Below are positions 18,857-27,789 of a DNA stretch of 64,000 bases, one piece after another. Source of the stretch: a virus. The notes under the pieces are model-generated. The model did no database searches. It saw only the letters and a program-made list of their open reading frames with translations, and was not told the DNA's origin. How positions within the stretch are numbered: position 1 is the stretch's first letter; every line of letters starts with the position of its first letter. Location: positions 55,175-119,174 of IMG/VR virus record IMGVR_UViG_3300033153_001906; one strand, given 5' to 3'. A program made the translations under genes and the position numbers.

Positions 18857-20612
18857 TTAGTATACGGAATTGGTCAAAGTCAATCGTTTCGTGTTCAACG
18901 AGAGCCAAAGCCACCTCAGTAAGTTTTTTCTTATTGCGTTTTAGAAGATTGTATGCTTTCTCATACGATTTTTCCAGTAGTTCACGTACTTGATCGTCAA
19001 TCTTCTGCTTCGTGTCCTCAGATAGCATAGGGTAATCACGATCACGAAAACTGATGAGGCCAGTGTTACTAAACCCCCATTTCGTTATCATTGCCCTTGC
19101 TAGATCGGTTGCACGTTCAAGATCGTTCGACGCGCCCGTAGTAATGGCATCTTCGCCATACTGTAGGTGCTCTGCTGCTCGACCGCCCATTAAACTGACG
19201 ATCTGACTCTTTAAGTACTGCTGACTGTGACTGTATGTGTCGCCTTCTGGTAGATACATAGTGACACCCAACGCACGACCACGCGGAACGATGGAGATTT
19301 TGTAGATAGGATCGTGTTCTGGCATCTTGTGTCCCACAAGTGCGTGTCCTGCTTCGTGAAATGCAGTCATTTCTTTTTCTTTGGCTGACATTTCAAGTGT
19401 TTTCTCTTTGCCCATGAGTATGCGATCACGCGCACCATCCAAATCAGCCATAATCATTTGTTCACGATCATTTTTGGCGATTAGCATTGCTGCTTCATTG
19501 ACAAGATTCTTTAAATCTGCTCCACTGAATCCTGGAGTTCCCTTAGCGATAGTGCGTAAGTCAATAGATTCTTCCATGTTACGCCCGTTCGTATGCACTT
19601 GTAGTATCTTTTCACGCGCATTAATGTCAGGCAATCCAATTGCAATCTGGCGATCAAAACGACCAGGGCGCACAAGCGCAGGATCAAGTACATCTGCTCT
19701 ATTGGTTGCGCCAATGACCAGAATACTTGCGTGTTCATCGAATCCATCCATTTCGATCAACAATTGGTTCAATGTTTGGCCGTGTTCTCTGCTACCACCA
19801 CCAATTCCAGTATCACGCGCACCACCCAATGCATCAATTTCATCAATAAACAAAATCGCAGGGGAATGTTGCTTCAAATCTGCGAACAAACTGCGAACGC
19901 GAGAGGCACCAACACCAACAAACATTTCTACGAAATCTGAACCACCAATTGTAAAGAACGGAACTTTAGCTTCACCAGCAATTGCTCTTGCTAGAAGTGT
20001 TTTACCACATCCAGGAGGCCCATGTAATAGAATTCCATGAGGGAGTTCTGCATCAGCTTTCCAGAATTTTTGTGGGTTGTGTAAGAATTCTACGAGTTCA
20101 TGCACTTCATCGAAGTCGCCAGGGTTACCAGCAACGTCTGCCAGTGTCGTTTTGTTGTCTTCGGGATTAATGAGGTGTGCTGGACTGCCACCCATTCCAG
20201 CAGTTGCGCCTGCACCATTCTTTCTACTTATCCATATCAGCGCACCAATAAGAATGAACACTGGAACGATTGACATTAATATCATTGAACCCATGCCTGC
20301 TGGCTTTGGTGGAGCTTCAACGCCAATACTAGCACCCTGTGCTTGTAATTCATCAAGTATGAGTGTTACTTTACCAGGTGGAAACACTGATTGATATACG
20401 GTGTCGTCATTTTTGAGTGAATATAAAAATGATGTTTGGTCACCCTTGAGATATATCTCGTCTACATCATCTAAGTGCTGTGTGAAGTGAGTATACTGTT
20501 TTGAAATTACATCACTTGATGGAAAGAGTAAGTCAATCGTGAACCAAGTCAATATTGCTGCTGCAACAAAGACTAACACCCGCGTCTGCATTGGCTTTTT
20601 ATTGTCTGACAC
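18822..20612 (-). CDS. ftsH: ATP-dependent zinc metalloprotease FtsH
   Basis: two TMs, GPPGCGKT, FIDEID, RPGRFDR, HEAGH, TGASNDL. Confidence 0.97.
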   Translation of the reverse strand: MSDNKKPMQTRVLVFVAAAILTWFTIDLLFPSSDVISKQYTHFTQHLDDVDEIYLKGDQTSFLYSLKNDDTVYQSVFPPGKVTLILDELQAQGASIGVEAPPKPAGMGSMILMSIVPVFILIGALIWISRKNGAGATAGMGGSPAHLINPEDNKTTLADVAGNPGDFDEVHELVEFLHNPQKFWKADAELPHGILLHGPPGCGKTLLARAIAGEAKVPFFTIGGSDFVEMFVGVGASRVRSLFADLKQHSPAILFIDEIDALGGARDTGIGGGSREHGQTLNQLLIEMDGFDEHASILVIGATNRADVLDPALVRPGRFDRQIAIGLPDINAREKILQVHTNGRNMEESIDLRTIAKGTPGFSGADLKNLVNEAAMLIAKNDREQMIMADLDGARDRILMGKEKTLEMSAKEKEMTAFHEAGHALVGHKMPEHDPIYKISIVPRGRALGVTMYLPEGDTYSHSQQYLKSQIVSLMGGRAAEHLQYGEDAITTGASNDLERATDLARAMITKWGFSNTGLISFRDRDYPMLSEDTKQKIDDQVRELLEKSYEKAYNLLKRNKKKLTEVALALVEHETIDFDQFRILIGEDKNGEQQK

Positions 20613-20623
20613 TACAATCTCCC

Positions 20624-20833
20624 TTAAAAGTTAATTTTTTGTTTGTATTCTGTATTTTTCCTAACTTTCTTCTCTGGCACTCTATATGCCAGCTTCAAGT
20701 GCTTCGCACAATATGCTGTACTATCAGCAACGGGCGCCGAGCAAGATTCAAGGTGCGTCCACTCACACGTAATCGCACGATGAGGGCCAAATTGGGCTTC
20801 AATGTCGGTCATTTCTCTCAAGGGGTTCTCCAA
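20624..20833 (-). CDS. GcrA C-terminal-like Cys/His domain protein
   Basis: TCEW...C-x2-P...AYCAKH-x3-AY; start may be 20812. Confidence 0.5.
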   Translation of the reverse strand: MENPLREMTDIEAQFGPHRAITCEWTHLESCSAPVADSTAYCAKHLKLAYRVPEKKVRKNTEYKQKINF

Positions 20834-20851
20834 ATATGATATGAATATGCT

Positions 20852-20880
20852 ATTCTACAGTAGTTTGGAGTCAAAGTCAA
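20852..20880 (-). promoter_or_regulatory. sigma70-type promoter
   Basis: TTGACT-N17-TAGAAT. Confidence 0.75.
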
Positions 20881-20882
20881 GC

Positions 20883-21218
20883 TTATTCCCTGATATTTGA
20901 CGGTAATTCGTCTAAAATCTCCGTGACCAGTACAGTATTTCCCTCTTTTTTGGCTTGTACGATTGCTTCCCTGAGTTCAAACTCTTTTTCGTATGCTGAA
21001 TACCATGAAATATGGTGAGGGCTCTTTGCGAAATTACGAAACCCTTTGAGAAGTTCAGTTGTGTGGTAAGAAGTGTATGAGTAATCCGTACTCTGATATT
21101 CACCTATAACAGCAAACAATTCAGCAGCATCTATGATACGAATATTATCCGTCTCTTTAGTATCCTTGTCGAGAATTGTATAGTTTGTTCCAATGTTATT
21201 AAAGTTAAATTTATCCAT
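20883..21218 (-). CDS. hypothetical protein
   Basis: start moved to TAATG overlap at 21218 (MDKFNF). Confidence 0.7.
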   Translation of the reverse strand: MDKFNFNNIGTNYTILDKDTKETDNIRIIDAAELFAVIGEYQSTDYSYTSYHTTELLKGFRNFAKSPHHISWYSAYEKEFELREAIVQAKKEGNTVLVTEILDELPSNIRE

Positions 21219-21660
21219 TATATTGTATAAAACGACACCGTGTTTCCTTCGATAACGTAGTCGATGTCGTTGACTAGAGTAACTTCTACGTACTCTGTCC
21301 ATCCTTCTGGCCCCTCTTCCCACACTACTTGTGCGTCTGATTTGCCGAAACCACCTTTTATAATCTGTTCTTTTGTTCTTACCTTGATTGTTTTTGGTTT
21401 GAACCCTTCTTGTCTAGCTTGTTCTTCTAATGCTATTGCAAATTTTGTTGCTGCGTATTGTGCAGCAGAAGTATTGCACGACTCCCATTGTTCTTCGGTA
21501 CACATAATCTTGTACTCCGTCTGTAAGTTCCAAATTAACTCTTTGTGTCTTTGCCGTTCTCCTTTTTGGCGTTCTTCACATTCATATCTGGATAGAGTGT
21601 ATGTATTGCTTGCAAGATTTCGTGCGTGTTTTTCAAGTGCTGTTCAAATGTCAATTTCAT
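21218..21660 (-). pseudogene. hypothetical gene with an apparent 1-nt frameshift near 21643
   Basis: AAGGAG-ATG at 21660 gives MKLTFE; the downstream frame is open from TALEKHARNL into MCTEEQW. Confidence 0.6.
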
Positions 21661-21792
21661 TGCCTTACTCCTTTAAATGAATAGACACATATTGGACAAG
21701 TGTGCGTATATGTATGGTATTACCCAATACATAATATTATTTAGCACTTTTATGCAGCCGTAACTATCCGCAGAACGCAGATACTAGGTAGG

Positions 21793-22008
21793 TTATAGGA
21801 AGCGGAAGCTCTTGTTGCCTGGCTTACGCTTTGTCAGATGGAAGGCTTCGCAGCTATCACAATAGTAAATAGAGCCAATTTCTTTGCCCTCTTTCCAGTG
21901 ACTCATTACTGCTTTACGTGCCGCTTTCCTGTCAACGTGGGAAATTTTTTTGCATTTGATTGTTTCATTGGATAATTTTTTACGAATATCATCCATTGAA
22001 CCAGTCAT
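21793..22008 (-). CDS. small basic zinc-finger-like protein
   Basis: CKK...YYCDSCEAFHLT. Confidence 0.7.
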   Translation of the reverse strand: MTGSMDDIRKKLSNETIKCKKISHVDRKAARKAVMSHWKEGKEIGSIYYCDSCEAFHLTKRKPGNKSFRFL

Positions 22009-22010
22009 GC

Positions 22011-22310
22011 TTATTCCTCTTCTTCTATTGAGACATTCAGTGGGAAGCCTTCTTGTCTCGCTGTGTTTATGCAGACATTCATTTTGTTCTCTGCAAGTTC
22101 GTGTGTGTATACGCCAACGATTGCGGCGTTTTTCTCATGTACTTCCATTGTGATCGCTGTTGCTTGCTCCTCAGTCTTATGAAAGATTTGCAATAACAGA
22201 AAAATGACAAATTCCATTGTGGTTTTGTTATCGTTGTGGAAAATCACGCGCCAAAGATTTGGCTCTTTGATTTCAATTTCTTCTTTAACTTGTTCTTCAA
22301 TTTCAGACAT
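22011..22310 (-). CDS. clpS: Clp protease adaptor ClpS
   Basis: VIFHNDNKTTMEFV...MEVHEK...FPL; start moved to MSEIEE. Confidence 0.95.
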   Translation of the reverse strand: MSEIEEQVKEEIEIKEPNLWRVIFHNDNKTTMEFVIFLLLQIFHKTEEQATAITMEVHEKNAAIVGVYTHELAENKMNVCINTARQEGFPLNVSIEEEE

Positions 22311-22341
22311 AATAGACCCGCAAATTAATGTACAGACATAC

Positions 22342-22370
22342 ATAATAGCATGCCTGTACATCATTGTCAA
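22342..22370 (-). promoter_or_regulatory. sigma70-type promoter of clpS; -10 lies inside a 14-bp inverted repeat
   Basis: TTGACA-N17-TATTAT with TG extension. Confidence 0.65.
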
Positions 22371-22376
22371 GCGGTT

Positions 22377-22796
22377 TTACTTAATTTCTATCTGTTTTGG
22401 CTTTTTAGCTTCTGGAATTTCCTGTTTTAGCAGAATTGTGAGAATTCCATCGCTGAATTCAGCACTATCAATCTCCCAATACTCAGCTAAACTGAATTGC
22501 TTCGTGAAACTACGTGATGCAATACCCTGATGAACATAAATTTTATCTTCATCTACTGCTGGTTCTCCACTAACAGTCAATACATCATCTTCTACTGTAA
22601 TATCAACATCATCCCGCTGGAATCCAGCAAGCGCAAATTCGATACTACGAGTATCGTCGCCTGTAATGATAATGTTATGTGGTGGATAGTTGTTTGATTG
22701 TAAGCTTGATAGGTGATCTACGATGCGATCAAAGCCTATGAATTGGCGATTAAAAATATCTGCCGAAGTGATACGTGCTAGTTCTTTGGTGTTCAT
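22377..22796 (-). CDS. small heat shock protein Hsp20 (IbpA-like)
   Basis: IGFD, NYPPHNI, ALAGF, HQGIASRSF, DGILTI, IPEAKKP. Confidence 0.95.
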   Translation of the reverse strand: MNTKELARITSADIFNRQFIGFDRIVDHLSSLQSNNYPPHNIIITGDDTRSIEFALAGFQRDDVDITVEDDVLTVSGEPAVDEDKIYVHQGIASRSFTKQFSLAEYWEIDSAEFSDGILTILLKQEIPEAKKPKQIEIK

Positions 22797-22876
22797 GTTG
22801 TTACTCCTTTATAGTAAGCAAGTAGTTGGGCGCCGTGCCCTGTAGCCAATTACGCCATTGTAATTGTATACACACT

Positions 22877-22884
22877 TATTTATC
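22877..22884 (-). promoter_or_regulatory. late-type promoter GATAAATA
   Basis: 80 nt upstream of hsp20, just after a terminator. Confidence 0.75.
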
Positions 22885-22890
22885 ACCATT

Positions 22891-22925
22891 AAAAAAGGCT
22901 GTGACGAAAATCATCACAGCCTTTT
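22891..22925 (-). terminator. intrinsic terminator
   Basis: GGCTGTGA/TCACAGCC stem flanked by A and T tracts. Confidence 0.85.
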
Positions 22926-22948
22926 GATCTTTCTTTTGTTACTGTTGC

Positions 22949-23698
22949 TTAGAACCAGTAATATCCGAGTGCGTATCGACCGCTAAACCTTGGACCTTCA
23001 CATAGTACAGTATTGCTACTGCTTAGTCTATGGAAGATTTGAGGATTACGTGCGACCACTACTTCTTCTGTTACTTCTGTTTCTACAGCTACATCAGCTA
23101 CTCTTGATACAACTAGCTCAACCCTACGATTGGTCTGACGACCTTCTGGATTGTCACTACCATCTGCATTCTCATTCGGTACAAGTGGGAATTGCTCACC
23201 ACCCGAACTTGCTGTGACTGCTTCTGATGGGAAACCTAGATAAACTAGAACTGCTGCTACTGCATCAGCCCTACGTAGTCCAAGTCCATCGTTGTACTCG
23301 TCCGTACCCTTTGAATCAGTGTGTCCAACCACATCAACACCTTCAACACCAAACTCTACAAGCTTTGCGTAGATTCGATCTGCTAGAATGCTTTCGCCTT
23401 CTGGTAGAACAATATCTTTGTCGAAGTCAAACAACACAGTTGCGGGGATTAAAATTACATCACCTGCAACTAGTGTTGTTACTGTCTTTGTCTGTGTCGT
23501 GCGCATGTGCGTCATTGACACTGGATTGATTACACAATCATTACCTGGGATTCCAACTGGACGACCGTAATGTAGTCCTGCACCATCTGCGCCATAACCT
23601 GGCTTCATATCTACAGGGCTATCTGGAAATAGCGACTGAGCCATACTTGTCAACGGTAGCAATAGTGCTATTGTTAGTATAAGCTTTCTCATCGTCAT
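22949..23698 (-). CDS. exported OmpA-like peptidoglycan-binding protein
   Basis: signal peptide; LFDFDK, VGHTDSKG-x3-YN-x2-LG-x-RRA, NRRVE. Confidence 0.92.
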   Translation of the reverse strand: MTMRKLILTIALLLPLTSMAQSLFPDSPVDMKPGYGADGAGLHYGRPVGIPGNDCVINPVSMTHMRTTQTKTVTTLVAGDVILIPATVLFDFDKDIVLPEGESILADRIYAKLVEFGVEGVDVVGHTDSKGTDEYNDGLGLRRADAVAAVLVYLGFPSEAVTASSGGEQFPLVPNENADGSDNPEGRQTNRRVELVVSRVADVAVETEVTEEVVVARNPQIFHRLSSSNTVLCEGPRFSGRYALGYYWF

Positions 23699-23704
23699 TT
23701 CTCC

Positions 23705-24754
23705 TTACATGATGCCTATTGTTAGTACGTGACGGATGTAGCCCATGCCACCTTTCCACTTAGCGTGTCGTGCTGCTGCTTCAACCCACTTGAGAGCGTT
23801 CTCCATGTCACCCATTGCTGCATATGCGTCAGCTACCATAAGTGCTTGACATACATCATTTGTTACTGCTAGGGATAGAGAGAAGCTCTTACCAGTTCCT
23901 GCGCCGCCACTTGAGCAGATTGCAGAGAACGATGGTGCTGCTGAATTAACAGGCATTACTGTAGCTTCATAAACGATTTCGTCGCCTTCAACTGTAAGCG
24001 TAGAACCCTCAACTGTCTGAGTGCTTGCTGTCAAAGGACCATCTTCGCCAATGCTAACGTTAACTTCTGTGTTGTTGCCTTCGTTAGTTGCAGAGCTAGT
24101 GTTGTCGTTTGTGTTGTTGCTTTCGCTAGTTGTATCGCCAACGTTAGATGAAAGAATTCCGTTACCAGAACCTTCGCCTTGGCCTTCGCCATATCCGCCT
24201 TCACCACCACCGATGTTGATTGAAGCGTTGCCGCCAGTTGCATCAGAATTGCCGCCTGCACCGCCACCTGAGATAGCTGTTCCGCCACCTACGATGTTAG
24301 TGTTACGACTTGATGCATCTACGTCTGTTTCGGCGCCGCCGCCAATACCTACGCCAACTCCGAAGCCGTCTCCGCCTTCTCCACCAGCACCGCCTGTAGC
24401 AGTATTAGTGTTCTCGCTGTTTCCAGAACCAAAAACGCCTGCGCCAGCGATTGACGTAGCATCAGAATTTCCGCCCGTAGCGATCTGACCCTGTGCCTGA
24501 CCTTGTGCTTGACCCTGTGCTTGACCCTGTGCTTGGCCTTGCGTGTTTGTGTTGTCGTTGTTGTTACGATTGGTGTTGTCGTTGTTGTTACGATTGGTGT
24601 TGTCGTTAGTGTTTGAACCACCTTCGCCACCACCTTCGTTACAATTGTGTCCACCTTGACAAGTATGATCTTGTCCGCCGTTGCCGCCGTTTCCAGTAGC
24701 GTAAGCAGGTGCCGCTAGCATGAAGAATGCTAGAAAAATTGCCATGTACTTCAT
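23705..24754 (-). CDS. secreted Gly/Asn/Gln-rich low-complexity protein
   Basis: signal peptide (AYA-T), QGQA and NDNTNRNN repeats, C-terminal Cys pair. Confidence 0.8.
   Translation of the reverse strand: MKYMAIFLAFFMLAAPAYATGNGGNGGQDHTCQGGHNCNEGGGEGGSNTNDNTNRNNNDNTNRNNNDNTNTQGQAQGQAQGQAQGQAQGQIATGGNSDATSIAGAGVFGSGNSENTNTATGGAGGEGGDGFGVGVGIGGGAETDVDASSRNTNIVGGGTAISGGGAGGNSDATGGNASINIGGGEGGYGEGQGEGSGNGILSSNVGDTTSESNNTNDNTSSATNEGNNTEVNVSIGEDGPLTASTQTVEGSTLTVEGDEIVYEATVMPVNSAAPSFSAICSSGGAGTGKSFSLSLAVTNDVCQALMVADAYAAMGDMENALKWVEAAARHAKWKGGMGYIRHVLTIGIM
24485..24612. repeat. coding tandem repeats (12-nt QGQA units and 24-nt NDNTNRNN units)
   Basis: tgaccctgtgc(c/t) repeats and gtgttgtcgttgttgttacgattg repeats. 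Confidence 0.85.
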
Positions 24755-24858
24755 TTGTGTATCTCCTGTTTATAAACATTAATCGACCGAGTTCAGTGGG
24801 TCTTAGAAAACAAGAGTGCCAACTGCCGATTGCAACAAGATTTTTTGTTGTTACGGCT

Positions 24859-24887
24859 ATTATACTAAATTTTGACCAAAAAGTCAA
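24859..24887 (-). promoter_or_regulatory. sigma70-type promoter
   Basis: TTGACT-N17-TATAAT. Confidence 0.85.
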
Positions 24888-24905
24888 GCACTTTCCTAAA
24901 TTAAT

Positions 24906-25208
24906 TTAGTAAAGTCTTTTCCGTTTTGTAATGTCACCTTCACGACGCTTTTCTTCTCTCTTTACTGCGATTGCTCTTTTTCGTTTCCGAATTATCGAAG
25001 GCTTCTCGTAGTACTCGCGTTCGCGCAGGTCTCTCAATAGGCGGGAGTCTTGCACTTTTTTATTAAAAATGCGGAGGGCTTTTGTAAATGAACGATCATC
25101 GTCACCTTGAATCGTTACTTTTAATCCAGGACATACTGTACGTACATCAAATTCTGGCTTCTTACTGTAGTTATTATGCTTGTTTCTTGGCTTATTATTT
25201 CTGTTCAT
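24906..25208 (-). CDS. rpsU: ribosomal protein bS21 (N-terminally extended)
   Basis: FTKALRIFNKKV...REREYYEKPSIIRKRKR. Confidence 0.92.
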   Translation of the reverse strand: MNRNNKPRNKHNNYSKKPEFDVRTVCPGLKVTIQGDDDRSFTKALRIFNKKVQDSRLLRDLREREYYEKPSIIRKRKRAIAVKREEKRREGDITKRKRLY

Positions 25209-26388
25209 TAATTTTACTCTTAGTGTATACTACGTGTGGTTTTCCTACTTTGTTAATGATTATTTGTGTTGCTCCCTTCGATCTAAGGTGTGGCAACTCA
25301 AACTGCGTACGGAGCAAGGCTTTTTCCATTAGGTTTTGTAATCCTCTTGCTCCTGTTTTTTGCTTAGACGCTTGTTCTGCTATAGTCTCCAAAAATTCTT
25401 CTTCAAATAATAGTTCAACACCGTCAAGCGAAAATAAACTCTTATATTGATCCACCAAACAATCTTTTGGTTCTGTCAATATTCGTACTAATGATTCTGT
25501 TGTTAGTTCTGATAATGGAACTACACTTGGGAACCGTCCTACAAATTCAGGAATCATTCCATATTCAATTAGATCCTCTGATGTAGTAGTCAATAATAAC
25601 TCAAGTGCGGGTGGTTTGTCAACCTTTGATATAAATCCGATGCCTGTTGCATTTCGATCACTCCTCAATATAATCTTGTCAAGGCCCACAAATGCGCCCG
25701 CCGCGATGAACAGAATGTTGGTCGTATCGAACTCACTACCGTTGGAAAGCTTGACTTGTGACCCCTCAACCAGTTTTAATAATGCTTGCTGTACGCCCTC
25801 ACCAGACACATCTCTGTTGGTTGATGGTGATGAAATTTCCCTGCTTTTTTTATCTATCTCATCAATGTAAATAATGCCTTGTTGCGCAAGTTCAATGTCG
25901 CCATCCGCTTTTTCTAGCAAACGATCAACCATGCTGTCTACATCTTCGCCTACGTAGCCTGCCGATGTTAATGTGGTTGCATCTGCATGTACAAATGGTA
26001 ATTTCAAAAGATTTGCAATCGTACTGACCAATAATGTTTTGCCAGTTCCACTTGGGCCTATGAGCAATACATTAGATTTTTTGAGTGTTGTTTCTCCGAC
26101 TACTGGATTATTGATACGCTTATTGTGATTATAAAGTGCTACTGCTAGTGCCTCTTTTGCACTACCCTGTTCTATCACATACGTATCTAAGTAGTGTTTG
26201 ATTTCATGCGGGGTTGGTGTATCTGAACTTGGCTGGCGCAATGTCTTTGTGCTGACTGCGCGATAGCCAACTTCTATACATTCTTCACAAATATAGACTG
26301 TTTCTTCGCCCTTGTCTGGGCCTGCAATTATTTTCTTAACATCATTTCTAGTATTGGGACAAAAACTACATTTGATTGTATCAGTCAT
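25195..26388 (-). CDS. clpX: ATP-dependent Clp protease ATP-binding subunit ClpX
   Basis: CSFC/CEEC zinc finger, KSNVLLIGPSGTGKT, GYVGEDV, IDEIDK, DVSGEGVQQALLK, IGF loop. Confidence 0.97.
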   Translation of the reverse strand: MTDTIKCSFCPNTRNDVKKIIAGPDKGEETVYICEECIEVGYRAVSTKTLRQPSSDTPTPHEIKHYLDTYVIEQGSAKEALAVALYNHNKRINNPVVGETTLKKSNVLLIGPSGTGKTLLVSTIANLLKLPFVHADATTLTSAGYVGEDVDSMVDRLLEKADGDIELAQQGIIYIDEIDKKSREISSPSTNRDVSGEGVQQALLKLVEGSQVKLSNGSEFDTTNILFIAAGAFVGLDKIILRSDRNATGIGFISKVDKPPALELLLTTTSEDLIEYGMIPEFVGRFPSVVPLSELTTESLVRILTEPKDCLVDQYKSLFSLDGVELLFEEEFLETIAEQASKQKTGARGLQNLMEKALLRTQFELPHLRSKGATQIIINKVGKPHVVYTKSKINEQK

Positions 26389-27402
26389 TTATTTCTTCCT
26401 GAAGTGTTGTGGTGCGTATACGCCTTGGCCGTGGGGTTTTATTTCTTCATGCGGCTCGGCTGGTATCTCTATTGACTTTGCTTTATTCTCTGTGTTTGTA
26501 ATTTCTACAGGTTCGTCTGTGGTTGTTTCTGGTTTTGGTGGAATCTTTTCATCTATGATTTCTGCCACGACTTCTGCTATAACTTCTGCTGGTACGAATT
26601 TCGTATCTGCATTTGGCACGATCTTTTTCTTAGGCGGCTTAGGCACACTAGGTGCCATACCAATTCTACCCATGAGTGTATAGTTACCAGCCATAAGCAA
26701 TAGAATAGCCATTGGATCAAATACGAAAATAAACGCAATGATAACCATACGTACAGCTTCTTCTAAATTATTATCAGGATCGTCGTAAATGATCGCTGCA
26801 ATATATTTGACAGGCCCAACTTCTAATTCAAGTGCGTTTAGTTCTTGGTTGAGCAATAGTTTCGCATCTTCGTATTCATCAATAGAATCAAAAGATTCAT
26901 CAATAATTCCTTTGAGTTGGTCACGTTGCGGTTGTTGATTAATGCGTACAATCTTTGACCCTTCAGTGGGGTGGCTAATCTTTCTAGCGTCTACGAGTAC
27001 TCGCACAGTATCATCTAATTGGTCAATGATAAGTTCTGCATCTGCAATTTCAGACTGTTCTCTGGTAATACGCTGATCTAAGCGTTCGATTTTTGCAGAG
27101 TTATTTGCGACGGGCGCGACTTGTTCAATATGTGCTTTAGATAGTAAACCAAAAATACCCATACTCGTAAGTAAAACTGCAATGAATGTAACAGGAATCA
27201 TTACATACTTTAATCTGGTTTTGTGTTCCCAATGCCTGTATATCCAAGTGATGCCAACGACCTTACCAGCCTCGACAACGATTCCCATTATCATTCCATA
27301 GAGAGGCAAACCAGCAAAAAGTACCATTATACCTTCGATAGCGAACCATGCGGCGACTGTAGATAATGCCAGCCCCGTTAAGAGAGTTATATATCCGAAC
27401 AT
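26389..27402 (-). CDS. multi-TM coiled-coil membrane protein
   Basis: three N-terminal TMs, coiled coil, TM, Pro/Glu-rich tail; late promoter. Confidence 0.8.
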   Translation of the reverse strand: MFGYITLLTGLALSTVAAWFAIEGIMVLFAGLPLYGMIMGIVVEAGKVVGITWIYRHWEHKTRLKYVMIPVTFIAVLLTSMGIFGLLSKAHIEQVAPVANNSAKIERLDQRITREQSEIADAELIIDQLDDTVRVLVDARKISHPTEGSKIVRINQQPQRDQLKGIIDESFDSIDEYEDAKLLLNQELNALELEVGPVKYIAAIIYDDPDNNLEEAVRMVIIAFIFVFDPMAILLLMAGNYTLMGRIGMAPSVPKPPKKKIVPNADTKFVPAEVIAEVVAEIIDEKIPPKPETTTDEPVEITNTENKAKSIEIPAEPHEEIKPHGQGVYAPQHFRKK

Positions 27403-27407
27403 ATGTA

Positions 27408-27415
27408 TATTTATC
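27408..27415 (-). promoter_or_regulatory. late-type promoter GATAAATA
   Basis: GATAAATA-N5-ATG(27402). Confidence 0.8.
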
Positions 27416-27441
27416 TACTTTTCACAGTCATAAACACTGGT

Positions 27442-27789
27442 TTAGTCATCATTCAGCAGCGAGCCGTCCAACTTGCCCTTAAATACTTGCTTTTTAGTGA
27501 TTGTTGTAAACTTCAAATCGTGTGGGCCGACAATGATTGTCGTGCCTGGAATTGCTTCTACAAAGCGTTCTTTAATTCTATCGAGATATTGAAGAAACTT
27601 GTTTGGTGGCATTCCCATGTTGTTTTCTACATAGATATACAACGCATCATTATCACCCACTTCAACGTGTGTGCTACAAACACTTTGCGCGCTTTTGTAG
27701 TCGGGGTGGTTAACATCTGGCTCTGGTACAATCCCCGAAAAAATATCCTGAGCGAAATGGTTAACTCCACTTGGCGGACCCACGCTCAT
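27442..27789 (-). CDS. hypothetical protein (C-terminal FxxKL motif)
   Basis: KKQVFKGKLDG. Confidence 0.7.
   Translation of the reverse strand: MSVGPPSGVNHFAQDIFSGIVPEPDVNHPDYKSAQSVCSTHVEVGDNDALYIYVENNMGMPPNKFLQYLDRIKERFVEAIPGTTIIVGPHDLKFTTITKKQVFKGKLDGSLLNDD

Noticed and set aside
14614-21660. Stop-codon reassignment explaining the split genes
   Set aside because: The breaks are frame changes, not in-frame stops; conserved enzymes translate intact in the standard code
21661-21792. tRNA/ncRNA in the larger intergenic gaps (also 8788-8860, 24755-24855)
   Set aside because: No cloverleaf or T-loop seen by eye, only short hairpins; a covariance search would be needed to exclude novel RNAs
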